Shown here: positions 38,196 to 42,912 of the stretch, one piece after another | How the letters are laid out: each line of letters opens with the position of its first letter | Position numbering within the stretch: the stretch's first letter is position 1 | From: Marinobacterium sp. | Lineage (GTDB): Bacteria; Pseudomonadota; Gammaproteobacteria; Pseudomonadales; Balneatricaceae | Assembly: GCA_041586815.1 (NCBI GenBank) | Contig: JBFGZM010000001.1 | Location: 1 to 42,912, forward strand | DNA length: 42,912 nt | Direction: 5' to 3' | Made by a program: the position numbers and the translations under genes | Notes under the pieces: generated by a model | Database searches by the model: none | The model's input: only the letters and a program-made list of their open reading frames with translations | Told to the model about the DNA's origin: nothing

Positions 38196-38591
38196 TTATA
38201 CACCCTGGTGACCCATGGGGTCTGTCTGGGGACAACTTTCAGCTGTGGATAATGGCGGTTTGTCATGGGCTTAAATGTTATCCACGAATACTGTGTATAA
38301 GATTGTGAATAAGGTATGGGTACAGATCCAGAGCCTTGCGGAGCCGGTGTATTGCCTGATGAGTGCGTTTTTTGAACGGTAAAAAAGACAGGTTTTCAGC
38401 AACTTGCATTGTGTATATGTGTAGAAAAAAGGTGTCTTTGGAGGTGAGCTGTCAAGCCAAATCGGAAAAATTTCCTGGCCTGACTCGATGTGTTATGCAC
38501 AGAATGCAGGGGTAACCATGTGTATAACTTAAGGGTAAATGGATGGGGCGCCGTCATGCCGGCGTTTGCCGCCAATGCTCAATTCATGAGC
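38196..38591. promoter_or_regulatory. Intergenic DnaA-box cluster with Fis- and IHF-like sites (DARS/datA-like element)
   Basis: Five exact TTWTNCACA matches (38244, 38292, 38304, 38493, 38519) plus 1-mismatch boxes (38196, 38278, 38410, 38418); Fis-consensus 15-mers at 38363 and 38577; IHF-like 13-mer at 38394. Confidence 0.75.
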
Positions 38592-38697
38592 ACTCAATAA
38601 CGGCAGCTGCAGAGGTGTCTGAAAAGGCAGGCTGGACGGTTCGACAAGAGATACGCGCGGTATGGGATGCACGCGGCGTCAACAAGGGTGTTCTGGC

Positions 38698-39726
38698 TCA
38701 GCCGGTGGCATCCAGTGGCAGAGCGAGGCCAGCCAGGTTCAGCAGAATCGCGGTCAGGGGCAGCCAGGGGTCGCCACTGCGGGCGCCTTTCACCAATCGG
38801 TCGACCTCGGCGGCCTGTTGCAGCAGGCTTTCCAGGGTGGCCGGGGAAAGGCGTTTGGTTGTGCTGCGCACCAGCTGCTTGCGCTTGCCGAACAGCCGCT
38901 GTTGCTGGCACAGACTGTCAAAGGCTGTGCCCTGTTGCAGGCCGCGCTGCACGGCATGCAGGATGCGGATTTCCCGCGCCAGAGCCCAGAGTACCACCGC
39001 AGGTTCCGAGCCTTCCTGGCGCAGTACCTGAATAATGCGGGTAACACGCTGGGGCTGGGCGCCCAGAGCGGCGTCGGTGAGGCCGAAGATATCGAAGCGG
39101 GAGCTGTCCGATACGGCGTCGATTACGTCGTCGGCGCTGAGGGTCTTGTTGGGAAACAGCAGCTGCAGTTTGCTCATTTCCTGGCGGGCGGCCAGCAGGT
39201 TGCCTTCGACGCGCTGACACAGCACTTCGACAGCACTGTCATCCAGGCGTATGTCCATCTGCACTGCACGGCGCCGGATCCATTCGGGCAGCTGCGACGG
39301 CTCCACCGGCCAGAGTTCGACAATCACGCCACTCTTGTCGACAGCCTTGAACCAGGCACTTTTCTTGGCACCGGCATCGAGCTTGTCGGCAATGATCAGC
39401 AGAACGTTGTCGGGGGCGGGGTTGACCAGGTACTGCTGCAGCATGTCGCTGGCATTCTTGTTCAGCTTCTGGCTGCCAAGACGCAGTTCGATGATCTTGC
39501 GTTCAGCAAACAGCGACAGGGCGCTGGCACATTCAAGCAGGTATTCCCACTTGAAGCTGCCATCGACGTGCAAAACTTCCCGTTCGCTAAAGCCCTGATC
39601 GAGAAACGCCTTGCGCAGCAGATCGCAGCTTTCCTCGGCCAGCAGGGGTTCGTCGCCGGTGACCAGATAGACCGGCGCGACACCCTGTTTCAGGCGCGCG
39701 CCGAGCTGTTCCGGCTTCAGCTTCAT
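38698..39726 (-). CDS. holA: DNA polymerase III delta subunit
   Basis: VYLVTGDEPLL, LSLFAERKIIEL, VEGNLLAARQE, FDIFGLTDA; leuS-lptE-holA synteny. Confidence 0.95.
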   Translation of the reverse strand: MKLKPEQLGARLKQGVAPVYLVTGDEPLLAEESCDLLRKAFLDQGFSEREVLHVDGSFKWEYLLECASALSLFAERKIIELRLGSQKLNKNASDMLQQYLVNPAPDNVLLIIADKLDAGAKKSAWFKAVDKSGVIVELWPVEPSQLPEWIRRRAVQMDIRLDDSAVEVLCQRVEGNLLAARQEMSKLQLLFPNKTLSADDVIDAVSDSSRFDIFGLTDAALGAQPQRVTRIIQVLRQEGSEPAVVLWALAREIRILHAVQRGLQQGTAFDSLCQQQRLFGKRKQLVRSTTKRLSPATLESLLQQAAEVDRLVKGARSGDPWLPLTAILLNLAGLALPLDATG

Positions 39727-40208
39727 GGCTGGGCGGCGGCGATGTACAGGCGCAGGATCTGGCGTGAAATATCCTGCTGCATTTCACGCCGCAGCAGAGC
39801 TTCCTGGGCATTTTTGGCGGTAATGGCATCCGAGTCATAGGTGTAGACCCGCTCGGTACGTACCGCAGTCGGTGCAATCAGGAAACGTTCACCCTGGGTG
39901 ACCTGAAAGCGTACCTCGGTGCGCAGTTCATATTCGTCCGCCTTGACGCTTTCATCCAGTGATGCGACGCGACGACCCTGTTTTTCCTCGAGAATCTGCA
40001 GGTTGTAGGGCGCTGCGGCGACCAGTTGAATGCCGTTGCTGCGCAGTGTGCGGCTCAGTTCGAGCCGCAGGGCACTGCGGCCGGCCGGCATTTCCAGCGC
40101 CAGTTCGCGCATCTCCTGCGGGACTTCAGCGCTGCCGCGCAACTGAAAACCACAGCTGCTTAACAGCAGGGTTGCGAGCAGCAGTATCAGCCTCAATTGC
40201 ACAGTCAT
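39723..40208 (-). CDS. lptE: LPS assembly lipoprotein LptE
   Basis: Lipobox LLSSCGFQLRG; located between leuS and holA. Confidence 0.92.
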   Translation of the reverse strand: MTVQLRLILLLATLLLSSCGFQLRGSAEVPQEMRELALEMPAGRSALRLELSRTLRSNGIQLVAAAPYNLQILEEKQGRRVASLDESVKADEYELRTEVRFQVTQGERFLIAPTAVRTERVYTYDSDAITAKNAQEALLRREMQQDISRQILRLYIAAAQP

Positions 40209-40223
40209 TGCTTTCTCCCGTCC

Positions 40224-42878
<2,655 letters not shown>

Positions 42879-42912
42879 TCAATGGAAAGTTCGTGACATG
42901 CGGCATAGCATA

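Noticed and set aside
38196-38591. DnaA-box array as the chromosomal origin oriC
   Set aside because: No dnaA/dnaN/gidA/rpmH nearby, no obvious AT-rich 13-mer unwinding element or GATC clustering; box geometry fits DARS better (not fully excluded without GC skew)
38543-39031. ORFs 38543..39031 (+) and 38594..38911 (-) near the holA 3' end
   Set aside because: They overlap holA, have low-complexity R/A/P/G composition and lack motifs

Overview
High-GC gammaproteobacterial chromosome segment; gene order is Pseudomonadales/Oceanospirillales-like (taxon is an inference). It is mostly housekeeping. The + strand carries trmD(3' end)-rplS, a membrane-anchored hypothetical, xerD-dsbC, hom-thrC, a YdcF/DUF218 gene and recJ, then a 60-aa orphan and two c-di-GMP enzymes. 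These are followed by nudF-yqiB-cpdA-yqiA-parE-parC, a convergent AhpA/YtjB-like gene (- strand) and proA-nadD-rsfS-rlmH-mrdA-rodA-mltB-rlpA-dacA-dat-ybeD-lipB-lipA. The - strand then carries a small accessory block (two transglutaminase-like genes plus a VOC gene) and leuS-lptE-holA. The most notable non-gene signal is an intergenic DnaA-box array at about 38.2-38.6 kb. It is built as two repeated modules, each a DARS-geometry box triplet followed about 50 bp later by a Fis-consensus site, with an IHF-like site between them. Other points of interest are a stand-alone small protein ending in an NrdA-like CxxGxCKL tail, a Pho box before a RapA-like EAL-CBS-GGDEF gene, and decayed duplications of the parC 5' end and a transglutaminase 3' end. 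I found no rRNA, tRNA, CRISPR array, transposase or phage genes.
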